A stretch of 64,000 bases of DNA from Scyliorhinus canicula (GCF_902713615.1 NC_052147.1:239912886-239976885); one strand, 5' to 3'. Positions 51,190 to 63,475 are shown, counted from the first letter of the stretch. Translations and numbers: made by a program. The notes: generated by a model not told the origin, from the sequence alone.

Positions 51190-51465
51190 GTTGGTGTAGT
51201 CAACAAGGTAATCCAGAGGCCCAGGCTAATGTTCTGGCAACACAGGTTTAAATCCCACCATATCAACTGATGGAAGTTTGGTTGGCGGTATGTGGCGTAA
51301 CTTCATTGCAGTGTTATGTAAGCCTACATATGGCAATAAATATTATTAAAGTACCCTCTGAAATGATAGAGAACATCATTTCAATTCAAAGACAGTTGGG
51401 AATGGACAACAATTGTTGATCATGCCAGTATCTCCCATATCCCATGACAGAATAAAGAAAAAAAT
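51190..51465 (+). mobile_element. LF-SINE-like element, degraded
   Basis: gtaatccagaggcccaggctaatg, ccctctgaaatg and tail atcccatgacagaataaagaaaaaaa. Confidence 0.55.
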
Positions 51466-51539
51466 ACTAGATTTTTGCTGAAGGATTAGATCTGGTGTGA
51501 GCATATAATTTTGAAAATATCTTCAGATTTCAAACAAGA

Positions 51540-53110
51540 TGATCAAGTTTATTCGACCTTACTGAATTCTTTGAAGAATTCTCAGAGGAGACAAATGTAA
51601 TACAATCATAAAGATGTGCATAAACATTCAGAGGGATTTGATAACAAAAGGCAGAGTTCTACAGTCCAGGTAGCAGAATGGTTTGAAAGATGGCTACAAA
51701 ACAGAAAACGGATTGTTGGAGATGAGAAAATTTTCTGGCTAGAGATAAGTGGGAAGTGGTGCCCTGCAGGGATCATGCTGGGAAAATTGCTGTTCACCCA
51801 ATTGAAGCTCAGAGGATATAGGATAAAAAATTGTAGATGATAGCAAATTGAGGGAGGAGGGAAAATAAAGCTAATAATGCGAAGAGCTGCATCAAAATAC
51901 AAAAGACATCAGCAGACTTTAAGAGTTAACAGATAAATGGTAAATTAAGTTTAATATAACAAAATGTGCAGTCATATATTTTGGTCGGAGGAATAAGGAA
52001 GCACTTACACTTTGGGAGTTAGATTCCCCATAGAATCCCTACAGTGCAGAAGGAGGCCATTCGACCCATCGAATCTGCACTGTCCCTTTGAAAGAGAATC
52101 CTACCTACGCCCATTCTCCCACCCTATCCCCATAACCCTTTGGATACTATTGGGGAATTTAGCATGGGCAATCCACCTAACCTGCACATCTTTGGACTGT
52201 GGGAGGAAACCGGAGAACCCGGAGGAAACCCAGACACAGGGAGAGTGCGCAAACTCCACACACACAGTCACTCAAGGTCGGAATCGAACTTGGGTCACTG
52301 GCGCTGTGAGGCAGCAGTGCTAGTCACTGTGCTGTCCCATGGTGTATCTAAATTAAGTAGAGGATCAAAGAGCTGAGAATACTGGTACATGCCTCACTAA
52401 AAGGTGTTACGCAGGTTGGTAAGGCAATAAAGAAAGCAAACAAAAGTTTATTGCAAAAGGGATTCGATACAAAGCGGGCAGTAAACATTTCTATAGTACC
52501 TTAGCTACCTCTCATTTGGAATATCATGTGCAGTTCTGAAATCCATAATACAGAAAGGATATAGAAAGTACAGAAAAGATTTTCAAGGATGAATCCGCAG
52601 GATATACCTATGGTGAAAGATTAAGCAGGCTAGGAATCTCTTATTCTTTGTAAAAGAGGCAACTAAAAGGAGACTTGATACCACTGTTTAAAATGATAAA
52701 GTGGTTTAATAGAATAGATTTGAAGAAACTGTTTTCACTTATTGATAAGTTCAGAACAAGGATCATGAATATAACATAGCCACTGACATATCAACTGAAG
52801 AACTTAGAAGAATTTTTTCTGAGTGGTTAGAACGTGTAATTTGCTGCCATATCAGCCGTGATTGAATGATGGAACAGACTCAATGTGCCGAGTGGCCTAA
52901 TTCTGCTCCTACGTCTTATGTCTTCTATGGAATATTTCAAACAGGTAACATTGGAGCTTTAAGGAAGGCTTAATGCACATGGCCAATGAAGGATTAGAGG
53001 GTTGCAGGTGCATTGTGAGAAGTCATAGATTTGGATGTGGCTCCAATGGAATATTATCACTTACAGAGACCAGTTTGGCCAAATGGATTATTTCTATACT
53101 GACTTGAACC
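51540..53110 (+). mobile_element. Old CR1 relic containing an antisense HE1-like SINE (52029-52338)
   Basis: Degenerate RT motifs (ttactgaattctttgaaga) and CR1 tails. The HE1 shows a V-domain and an atagaat tail. Confidence 0.7.
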
Positions 53111-53413
53111 ATTCTGTAAGATTCACTATTTCTTGATTTGAATAACGTATTTTAAATATAATCTTAAAGTTCTGCTGGGTTTCAACAAGCAAGCTGGTGT
53201 CAAGGAGTCAATACCAAATATCTTATTGTAATAAAGGATGCTATACTGAAGCTGTTTTCCCTCTATAAAATAACATTTATAATATTTTATGTATGGCACT
53301 GTGTAATGCTGTAAAAATGTGTCTACATCTGTTTAAGCAATTTGAACTTAAAAATATAGACAAAAAGATTGCACCCTATAATAAATTCTAATTTTTATTT
53401 TTTAATTTTCTAG

Positions 53414-53568
53414 GTGGAGTTTTCCTGGTTATTATTTGCAGGATCAGTTCCAGTCTTCCTCTCTTTCTTCATTGCAACTCTTTTATGTCACTATAATAAC
53501 TGGGATCCAGTAATGGTTGGCCTTAGGCGGATATTTGCATTTATATGCAGGAAGCATCGCATTCAGAG
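53414..53568 (+). CDS. SLC35F5: SLC35F5 coding exon
   Basis: Acceptor ttttctag|, donor AG|gtattg. Encodes [51 protein letters not shown](R). 155 nt, phase 0-2. Confidence 0.95.
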
Positions 53569-54023
53569 GTATTGCTTTTCTTTATGTATACTGCAGGCAC
53601 CCATTTAAGATCGAAACTTTCCAAGAGCAATGTGGAGCCAGCAGTTATACTGGGCTATACTGATGGAGTACTCTTTCTATTTATACATGTTTTAGCTGTT
53701 AATGGCAGTAAAAAGGCACCAAACATGCTTTATACTAGCAATTAAAATGATGTTTACAAACTTCTTGGGACATGAGGAAGCTACTTAAAATGCATTTTAA
53801 TGTGAATTTGGAGAAATTTCTTTACTCAAAGTATAGATGGAACTTGCAATGCTTTGCCATAGTGTGTTGAAAGACTGCATTGCATTTTGTAATGGTACAT
53901 CGTGCACATGAGGAAGCAGAGGAAAATACAGGACTATAGAGAAAGGGCATAACAGCACAAACACAATGGACTGACCAGCCTTTTTCTGTGTTGCAAACAC
54001 ATATGATTTTAAATTCAATTGTG

Positions 54024-54202
54024 CTACTACTACTACTAATAATAATAATTGCTTATTGTCATAAGTAGGCTTCAATGAAGTTACTGTGAAAAGCCCCTAG
54101 TCGCCACATTCCGGTGCCTGTTTGGGGAGGCTGGTACGGGAATTGAACCCACGCTGCTGCCTTGTTCTGCATTACAAGCCAGCTGTTTAACCGACTGTGC
54201 TA
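54024..54202 (-). mobile_element. tRNA-derived SINE with (ATT)n(GTA)n tail
   Basis: Reverse complement of the 8562/44514 family. Confidence 0.85.
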
Positions 54203-54288
54203 CTTCACTCGATATAAAGTTTGTATTGCTTCTGTTAAATATAATCCAAGCTGGCAGTTAACTTTCTCATCAGTAGGTGCTGGATTGA

Positions 54289-54518
54289 GGCATGGTAGTG
54301 CAGTGGTTAGCACTGCTGTCTCACGGCGCAGAGGACCCGGGTTCTATCCCAGCCTTGGGTCACTGTCCGTGTGGAGTTTGCACATTTTCCCCGTGTCAGC
54401 ATGGGTGTCCCACCCCCACAATCCAAGACGATGTGCAGGGTAGGTGAATTGGCCATGCTAAATTGCCCCTTAATTGGGAAAAAGAGAATTGGGTACTCTA
54501 AATTTTATATTTTAAAAA
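54289..54518 (+). mobile_element. Short V-SINE with A-rich tail
   Basis: Perfect 17-bp TSD agtaggtgctggattga (54272-54288 and 54519-54535). Confidence 0.9.
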
Positions 54519-54939
54519 AGTAGGTGCTGGATTGAAACTCCTCAAACTAATTTAATTTAAAGACCCTTGCATCCAGCATACAAAGGAAATCCTCAATACA
54601 TTTCAAACCAAGCCTGATTGATTAGTGATCATTGTCTAAATCATAGCTTCATCCAATTCAGTTATCACTGCTCTCTTATACTCTGAAGCCCTTGATTAGT
54701 CTTCTTGGTAACGTAGGCTGGAAACCTTCAGTGAATAAACCATAAGCGAGTCCATACCTTAATTTCAAAATTGACTTTGAATTTATTTTTAAACTGCATT
54801 TCAATCCAGTTTATCCAGGTTAATGTGCTAAATCAGCATGTTATTATTTGTATTTGGTATAATTCTGAACTACTTTTAGCCAGGCCACTAGGTCATGCCT
54901 TTTTACTGAGGGCTGGAAAGATAAAATGAGATTGTTTGC

Positions 54940-55800
54940 CCATTATCCATTGTATTCTTGGGATGTGGACATTTCTGGCAATGAGGTGATAATGAGGTGG
55001 CTTCTTGAACCACTGCAGTCCATGTAATTTAGGCACACCGCAGTGCTGTCCTGCCGGGGGTTCCAGAAATTGCCCCAGCAATGATAAAGGTATGGTGAAT
55101 AATTTCCAGGCCAGTCATAATGATATGTGACTTTTGAGGTGAGCATGCAGGTGGTGGACCCATCCATGCGTCTTCTGCCTTGTTCTTTTAGCCAGCAGAG
55201 GCTAGAGGTTTGGAAGATGCTGTTGAAGAAGCCTTGTCAAGTAGCTTCCGTGCATCTTGTAGATGGTATATAAAACATGTTGTTGTTCTGGTGGTGGAAG
55301 GAGTGAATGTTTAAGGTGATGCATGGGGTGCAAATCAAGCTGGCTGTTTTGATCTGGATGGTGATGAGTTTCTTAAGCGTTGTTGGAGTTGCAGTCAAAA
55401 AGGTACTTAAAGAATATTCCATTACAGTTGTGCCTCCTAGATGGTGGAAAAACTTTGGGGAGTCAGAAAATGAGTCACATGCTTTAAGATACTTAGCCCT
55501 TGGCATGCCCTTGTAGAGACACTATTTATATGCTGGTCCAGTTAAATATATGGTCCATGGTGAACTATTGAATGTGCAAGTGTTTAGACTCACTTCTCGA
55601 AAATGGTCATTGTCTGGTAATTGTATGGCATGAATGTTACTTGCCACTAGTTAGATTAAGCTTGTACATTCATTGAACCTTGTTGTATGCGGGCACAGAC
55701 TGCTTCTTCAACTGAGGAGTTGTGAATCATCAACAAACAACCCACTGCTGACTTCATTATGGAGGGAAGGTCATTGAATCAGCTCAAGATAGTTGGGCCT
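54940..55800 (-). mobile_element. CR1-clade LINE 3' fragment with an LF-SINE-partner-like tail
   Basis: Same family as 28300-29360 (FNDLPSIMKSAVG on the minus strand). Confidence 0.65.
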
Positions 55801-55855
55801 AGGTAGCTTAGTAGTTAGCTAGCTCAATGGAATACTTAAAAGCGATTCTGTTCTG

Positions 55856-56026
55856 GGGCTGGATTCTCCGCCACGCCACATTTCTGCCCCGACCCCCCCC
55901 CCCCGGCGGGATTCTCCGTTATGCCGGCTGGTCAATGGAGTTTCCCATTGTGGGGCAACTTCACGCCGTCGGGAAACCCCCGGGCGCTGGCAAAACGGAG
56001 AATCCCGCCAGCGGAGAATCCCGCCC
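55856..56026. mobile_element. Short MITE (Harbinger-like)
   Basis: TIRs gggctggattctccgc and gcggagaatcccgccc. Target context ttctg/ctggtctttt. Confidence 0.85.
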
Positions 56027-56039
56027 TGGTCTTTTACAT

Positions 56040-59000
56040 GACGAGGAGCAGTCTGAGAGAGGGAGCAAGAAAAAATGAGATCTGAAAGCTAAGTCTTGAG
56101 CTATCAATTAGGTGAACAGGAAGGTGACTCAGCAAATTGTGCAATTTGTTTCACGAAACAAGGCAGTTGTTTAAACTAGGACCAAGGAGCTTTAAAAAGT
56201 TTATTAAAGTTAAAATGTAGCTAGTTAACCTACTTAATGTCACTCAATTTTTATTAATTTAAAAATTTTAAACCCTAACTAGTTAAACAAAATAAAATAC
56301 GCAAAGGCAGAGCAGGTGATGTGTTGCAGCTGTCAAATCTAAGAGTTGTTTGCCACCATTTTATCCACAACCACAGCAAATATACCTGCAGTAAATATCT
56401 GCAGTTTAAGAATCATTGGCTCAGTTGATGAGCTGAAGTCCAAACTTCAATCTCTGATGTACCAGGGAGGAGAAATTTAATGTTCCAGGAGGCAGTCACA
56501 CCTCTTGGGTTATGTACTTCATATTTGCTCCACTGTCAGGGGTAGTAGAGTGTGACTAAGAATGAGGTAGATATGGTGATCCAAATGGTAGCATTGGAGG
56601 ATTCTCAGCCCTTGTACTTATTCAACAGGCATGAAGCTCTTGCAGCCTGTGTGGGTGAGAGCAAGGACTGCAGGGAGGGTGAGAAAACTGACCACAGCAC
56701 TGTGGTTCAGCAGGATATTCAAGTTGGAGGAGTAAAAATGAATGGAGTAGTGGGGGTAGAGTTAAGGGGATTAATATGGCTCTCTGCTGACAAGACAGCG
56801 AGTCCCTGGGGCTGTGTTGTCTGCCCGGTGGCAGAATTCAGAGAATGTTCTTGTGAGGGAAGGATCCCTACTTCTTAATTTGCCCATGTGGACCACAACT
56901 GGATCATAGATCATAGATTCTATGATCTATGATCCAGTTGTGGTCCACATGGGCACCAATAACACAGGTAGGAATAAGAAAGAGGTTCTTCCAAGATCAT
57001 TTGAGTAGCTAGGGGTTAAATTAAGAAGTAGTACCACAAAAACAGTAATCTCTGGATTATTGCCTGAACTACGTGCAAATTGGCATTGGTAAATAAGATC
57101 GAAGAGTTAAATATATGGCTTAAATTACGTTGTTGGAGAAATGGGTTTTGATTCATGGGGCATTGGCACCACTGAAGAAAGATGAAACTGTTCCATTGGG
57201 ATAGGATTCACTATATGGGGGTTTTAAACTAAATAACGGCAGGGGTGATTTAGAAAGTTAGTGATAAAGAACAAGGCAATTACGTAGGTAGCATTACAAG
57301 GAATGATAGCCAGAATGCGATGGGAAAGAACAGAGGCCAGAATTTTCCAGCCATCCTTACTGGTGGGATCTACTGGTCCCGCAGATTTTTTTTTTGGGGG
57401 GGGGAGGTTGCAGAGAACGGAAAACCCTGTTGGTAGGCTGCTGCAAAAAATACTACAGGGGTGTGTGGAAAATCCCGCCCAGAGTGTACAAGTGCAACAG
57501 AAAATAGAGTCATAGAGTGGGGAAAAAGCTATTAAGACAGAATTACTGACTCTTGCGAAATGCATGAATCATTCCAAAAAGGATTGGTAGAGCAAATATA
57601 AAGAGGTGGATGTTATATAATAGCCGGTAAAGAGATGTGGTTGCAACGTCACAACGTCTTAAAACTCATTATTTAAGTATATTTAACATTTCAAAAGGCT
57701 AAAAAGAGGAGGAGATGGGGTGGCTTTGTTAATAAATCAGATTATAATGCAGTAGTGAGAAATTATCTAGCTTAGAACATCAAATGTAGAATCAGTTTGG
57801 ATGGAGATGAGGAGAGTCAATAGAGGCACTGAATAATCTTGGGTAATTTTAATCTTCATATGGATTGGATGAATCAAATTGACAAAGGTAACCTGGAGCA
57901 TGAGTTCATAGAGTGAATTCAGAACAGTTTATTTGGATAATACTTTAGAGAGCCAATCCGGGAACAGGCTTTTTTAGCGTAATGAGACAGGGTTAATTAA
58001 CGATCTCACAGAATAGGATACTCTGGGGAAGAATAATCATAACATGCTGGAATGTCACATTCAGTTTGAAGATGAGAAACTTGGAAACTGGGTTAAAGGG
58101 TAAGATAAGCAGTGGCAGGCATTTAAGCATATATTTCACCGTATATTCCATGGAGAAAGAAAGGCTCTATGAGATGGATGAATTATCCCTGACTAACTAA
58201 GGAAGCTAAGGATATAATTGAATTAGAGAAAAGGCAAACACTGCTTCAAAAATCAGTGTTAAGTCAGAAGTTGGAAATCTTTAGAAACCAGCAAAGGATC
58301 ACTTTTTTTTTAAAAAATTAGATAAATTAGAATATGATAGTAAACTAGCAAGAAATTTAAAGAGACATTTAGAGCTTCTACAGGAATATGACAAAGACAA
58401 TAGTTAAGGGAAACATTGATCCCTTAGAAGATGTGACTGAGGAATTAATAATGGAGACAAGAAATGGTGGAGAATTTGAACAAGTATATGTATTTGTCTT
58501 TGCGGTGGAAGACACCAAAAGCTGGTTTAGCTCACTCAGCTAAATCACTGACTTTTAATGCAGGCCAGCAGCACGGTTCGATTCCCGTACCAGCCTCCCC
58601 GGACAGGCACCGGAATGTGGCGACTAGCGGCTTTTCACAGTAACTTCATTGAAGCCTACTCGTGACAATAAGCGATTTTCATTTAATTTTCATTTCAAGA
58701 ATAGTAAAAACTCAAGGGCCAAAAGGGAGGGAGGAACTTAAACAATCCCAATCACTAGAGAAAAGGTACAAAGAAACTGAATGGGACTAAAGATGAACAA
58801 GTTGCTTGAACCTGATAGTCTGCATCCCAGGATGTTGACAGAAGTGTCTCTGAGATGGTAGATGAATTGGTTGTAATCTTCCAAAATTTCCAAGTTTCTG
58901 GTAAGGTCCCAGTAGATTAGATAACTATGAATGTAATGCCCTATATTCCAGAATGGTGGGAGACAAAAAGCAGGAAACTGTAAGCCAATGAGTTTAATAT

Positions 59001-60340
59001 CTACCATTCGGAAAATGCTGGAATTCTTTATTAAGGAAGTAGCAGAAGGACATTTAGGAAATCATAATTCAAGCAGATTCAACATGATTTTGTGAAAGGA
59101 AATCTTGTTTGATAAATGTATTATAGTCCTTGAGGATGTAACAAGCAGGGTGAATAAAGAGGAACCAGTAGATGTGGTGTATTTGAATTTCCAAAAGGAA
59201 TTTGATAAAGTGCCACATAGAATGTTTCTACACAAGATAGGATGTTAGGATAATATGTTAACATGGATAGAGGATTGGTTAACTAAGGATTAAAAAGAGT
59301 CAGGATAAATGCGTCATTTACTTGTTAACTAGTTGGGTGCCACAAAGATCAGTGTTGGAGTTTCAGTTTACTATCTATATTAATGATTTTAATGAAGGGA
59401 GTGTATTGAGTCCAAAATTGCTAATAGGATAAAGATATGTAGGAAGCCAAGTTGTGAGGAAAACTTAGTCTGCAAGGGGATATAGACATGTTAAGCGAGT
59501 GGGCAAACAATTGGCAGATGGAGTACAATGTGAGAAAATGTGAGGCTGTGCACTGACAAAAAGTACAGAAAAGTAGAATATTATTTGAAATGAGAGACCA
59601 CAGCGTACTAGTGTACAGAGGGATCTTGATGTCCTCATACATGATTCACAAAATGTTAGCATACAGGTACAGTAAGGAAGGATGAAGTCAAATTGAATGA
59701 TGTCCTTTATTGCAAGGGGATGTTGGGGTATAAAAATAGGCAAGTCTTGCGGCAACTATATGGGCATTAGTGAAACCGCACCATGTGTTTTGTGCTGTTT
59801 TGGTCTCCTTTAATTTAATGAGAGGTATATTTGCATTCAACGCTGTTCTAAAAGGTTCACTGGATTGATTCCTAGGATAAATGAGTTGTTTTATGAGGAA
59901 GGGTGAGCAGGTTGGCCCTTTACTCATTGGAGTTTAGAAGAATAAAAGTTGATTTTATTAAAATGTACAAGCTCCTGAGGGGGTTTGACAGCATAGATGC
60001 TCAGGGAATGTTTCCCCTTGTGGACTGATCTAGCATTTGGAGGGGAGGGGGGGGCGGCATTTCAGAATAAGCTGCCTCCCATTTAAGAAGAGGAGGAATT
60101 ACTTCACAGGAGGATTGGTTTATCTTTTGAATTTTATATCCCAGAGAGTAGTAGTGGCTGAGTACTTGAATATATTCAGCGGAATTGAACAAATTTTAAT
60201 CTAAAAAGGAGTCGAGGGTTATGGGGGCAGATAGGAAAGTGGAGCTTGGGCCACGATCTGATCATCCATGATCTTTTTAAATGGAGCAAACTCAAGGGGC
60301 CAAATGACCTGTGCCTGCTTCTATTACTTATGGTCTTATG
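56040..60340 (+). mobile_element. Near full-length, heavily decayed CR1 (ORF1 zf/lz and esterase, ORF2 EN/RT)
   Basis: VMCCSC...TCSK zinc finger, VVVHMGTNN esterase block, VVYLNFQKEFDKVPH and tail cttatggtcttatg. Interrupted by a MITE (57335-57480, TSD AGA) and a SINE (58521-58697). Confidence 0.85.
56881..56955. repeat. Perfect 75-bp palindrome (37-bp arms, 1-nt spacer)
   Basis: tgcccatgtggaccacaactggatcatagatcataga-t-tctatgatctatgatccagttgtggtccacatgggca. Confidence 0.97.
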
Positions 60341-61148
60341 TCCATTTTCCACTGCCCGAAGGAACTCCTATAGCAATGTCCTCGGGTAGAGATGATTAGC
60401 CTTCATCAACCACAACATCCTTCCTTTTTACTAGGTCTAACTCCAGCCAGCGATAAGTTTTTCACCTCTTAATCTTCTATAAACTTAAACAGGTAGTGGA
60501 AACCATACTGAATGCTTCATCTAGAATATCTGTCAGATGAAGTAAAACATGTACAATCCTGTGTCTTTTGGTAATGTGAATAATTTTACTTTTTCAAATA
60601 GCATAATGGGCAATGCATTTATTGAACTCCAGAGTGGAATAAGGAAGTGCCATTTAATAAAATGGTATGTGTAGACTGTTGAAGGAAAAATCAACTATCT
60701 GACTAAGTGCTATGGTTAAACATTTGATTTGATCTGAAATATTCATATTTTCCTTCCAGAAGATAATCACCATCCTCTTTATTGATTCATTTAACAAAAT
60801 TAATAAATGGCATTAATTCCCATGTCAGCCAGGAGGTTTGTTACCATTGTTGTAAATGTAATTTGGTCTATTTTCAGCATGATTTTTAACATTTTCTGTT
60901 AAGTTATAGTCTCCAATGAAAGCAAAAGTTGAAAGTGATAATAGTTCTACTTTTGTCAGCAAGCTACTTGAAGGAATACATGGAAGAGCATTTAAAATTT
61001 GATTGCATTAAAATTAAATCAACTAATAAGGAAAACTTAATATTATTATAGTTTCCCCAATAGTTTTTATAGGAACACATGGTGTAGTACAAAGCCCAAT
61101 AAAGATCTGAGCATCCCAGATTTTATTCTTGGTTAGTACTGACTATAA

Positions 61149-61790
61149 GGGCAGAACCTTGTGGATGCAACAGGCATGTTAGCCACCAACTGGACAGCGA
61201 CGGGAGCCCCACGTCGTATCTTTTAGGGATGGCCCTCTGGCAGGCCTACCCCCAAGATCAAGGACCTTGGGGTGGAAACCCCGCCCACTTAGAGTTGCCA
61301 GCCAATCTGAGGCCAGCAGCTCTATTGAATGGCCGTGCCACTGGGGAGGTCATGGCTGCTGCGGCATGACACCCACATGAGATCCAATATTGTCGCTAGA
61401 TTCCAGGTCAGAGGTAAGTGATGGCTGGACGGAGGTCTCTGGGATGGGGTGGGGATCACAGGAGAGGGGTTTGGCAGCAAGGGCAGGGGTATGGAATTCA
61501 TTGGGCAACTCCCACCTTCCAAATGCCAGTCCCTCGATCAGGCACTGAATGCCTTTGAAGAAGGCAATCCCCCTGGAAGCCCTCAAGCAACCTTGCACAG
61601 GTTTGCATATAGTGCACCTCACATGATGAGCCCACTTGCATTAAGTGTCGACTTCCAGGCCTGAATTGGCTACAGGATGGGAAGAATGGGCCTTCCCATC
61701 ATGGACTTAATAAGTGTGATGGTGGCAGGTTCCTCACCCACTACCCTTCCATCTAATTAAATACCTCCACCATCAGCAAACATTCCATAG
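61149..61790. mobile_element. Old GC-rich non-autonomous DNA transposon
   Basis: Starts gggcagaac after TAA and forms a GC-rich block in AT-rich DNA. The right end is eroded. Confidence 0.45.
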
Positions 61791-62109
61791 GAGTGCACTC
61801 GAGATGAATCTCCAGGACACTGCTGTAAGCAGCTAGGTCAATTCATTTTGTTTTTAAAAAAGTATTTATTTTGATTCTTTTATGCTTTCATTCATTACTT
61901 ATAACAATGCTGAAGATGAGAAAAAAAACTAACAGTCAAGAATCTTCCAGCTGTCCAGAAATCTAATCAACCTCTGTTTTAAACATGCTCGATGACTGAG
62001 CCTCTACAGTCCTCTGGGATAGAGAATTCCGAAGACTTATCATCCTCCGAATGAGGAAGTTCCTCCTCACCTCATTCCTAAATGTCCTACCTTTTTTTAT
62101 TCTGAGACT

Positions 62110-62908
62110 AGGCCCGATTTAATGGGACAAGTTCTAACTGTCGTAGCGAGCAAGGTTTCCTGTGAGCTCCTCAACAGCTGCATTGGCGAGCCCCTGACCG
62201 CTACCGAGCTCCTCTCCAGACGAGCCCACGCTTTGAATTATTTTCAGAACTGGGGAGCTGAGCTCGCTGGCCAAGCCGATTCCTCAGACACCCAGCCGCC
62301 ATTTTGGAAGGGTATCCCCCCAATCTCTTGAATGAGCTTGGGGGCCCCCACACCCTCCATCCAAAGGCAGTGTCACCCCCCCCAGCACATTTATTGGTGC
62401 CACTTGGTCACCCCATATTATTATTTAGTCTCATTATTTAGAGTTAGATGTTCTGCCATTAACAGGTTTTGCCATGGTTGTATCATTATGATGAGCACCA
62501 ACCCTCAGTGAGGACACCCCACCATGGGGTCGCTGAGGGCCTCCCTTTTCAGATGTCCTGCATCCCCTTTTGGCCTCCCCCTTTCCAGGACCCCCACCCT
62601 GCAACCCCCAACATTCTGGAGGCCTGCCCTTCAACCCCTATTCTCCATACTCCCCCTCATCGCTCCTCTCACGCTTATTGCTCCCCTCAGACCAAAGACC
62701 CTTGGCAATGAGATGGAAATTGGACTTGATTGGTGGTTTTTGCTTTTTCGCTGCACCGAGACAAGTTCCTGAGTCCGCCAACGTGAGCAGGCTGGTTCAA
62801 TCACAAACCGCTAGGTGCCTGGCGAGATTCCCGATTTAGGCTGCTCCCGCAAACAAATGGCCTTGCTCGGGTTCTCGCCAGGCGCGACGAGGCCGCTAAA
62901 TCGCACCC
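62110..62908. mobile_element. MITE (Harbinger-like) carrying an internal inverted patch
   Basis: TIR-like ends ggcccgattta and taaatcgcaccc. Confidence 0.7.
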
Positions 62909-63475
62909 TGTGTCCCTGATTCTAGACCCGCAGCCAGGAGAAACATCCTTTGTGTAGCTACCTTGTAAAGCCCACTTAAAAGCAGGCATACTCAGCTTTT
63001 AGAGAGAGTTGATGATACAACCATGGCAAAGCCTATTAATGGCAGAACATCTAACTCTAAATAATAAGAGTAATATGCGGTGATCAAGTGGCACCAATAA
63101 ATGTTGTTGTCTTTTAGCATTTAGGTACGTGGATCAATTCAGTAAAATGTATTTTTCTTTTGAGTAATTTCAATTTGCAAGACTCCTGGAGTTGGCTTCA
63201 TTACAAATGTTTCATCACGAACCATAACTTAAAGCTAATGGAAATAAATAAAGTTGCAATATATTATTGAAATTAAAGGTTGACTTTTCTTTATATGTAT
63301 ATGCAAGCAAATAATTTTTAACTTCATTACGGGTGTGTTGTCCTGACAAACTGATATTGTATTTTGACATTTACTTTGGTGTTTCTTTTCAACAAACAGC
63401 ATTTCAAACCTTTCTCCGATTCTGTTGCACAATGAGTAACCAACTAATAAATAAATGAGTATAACCTCTTTTCAG

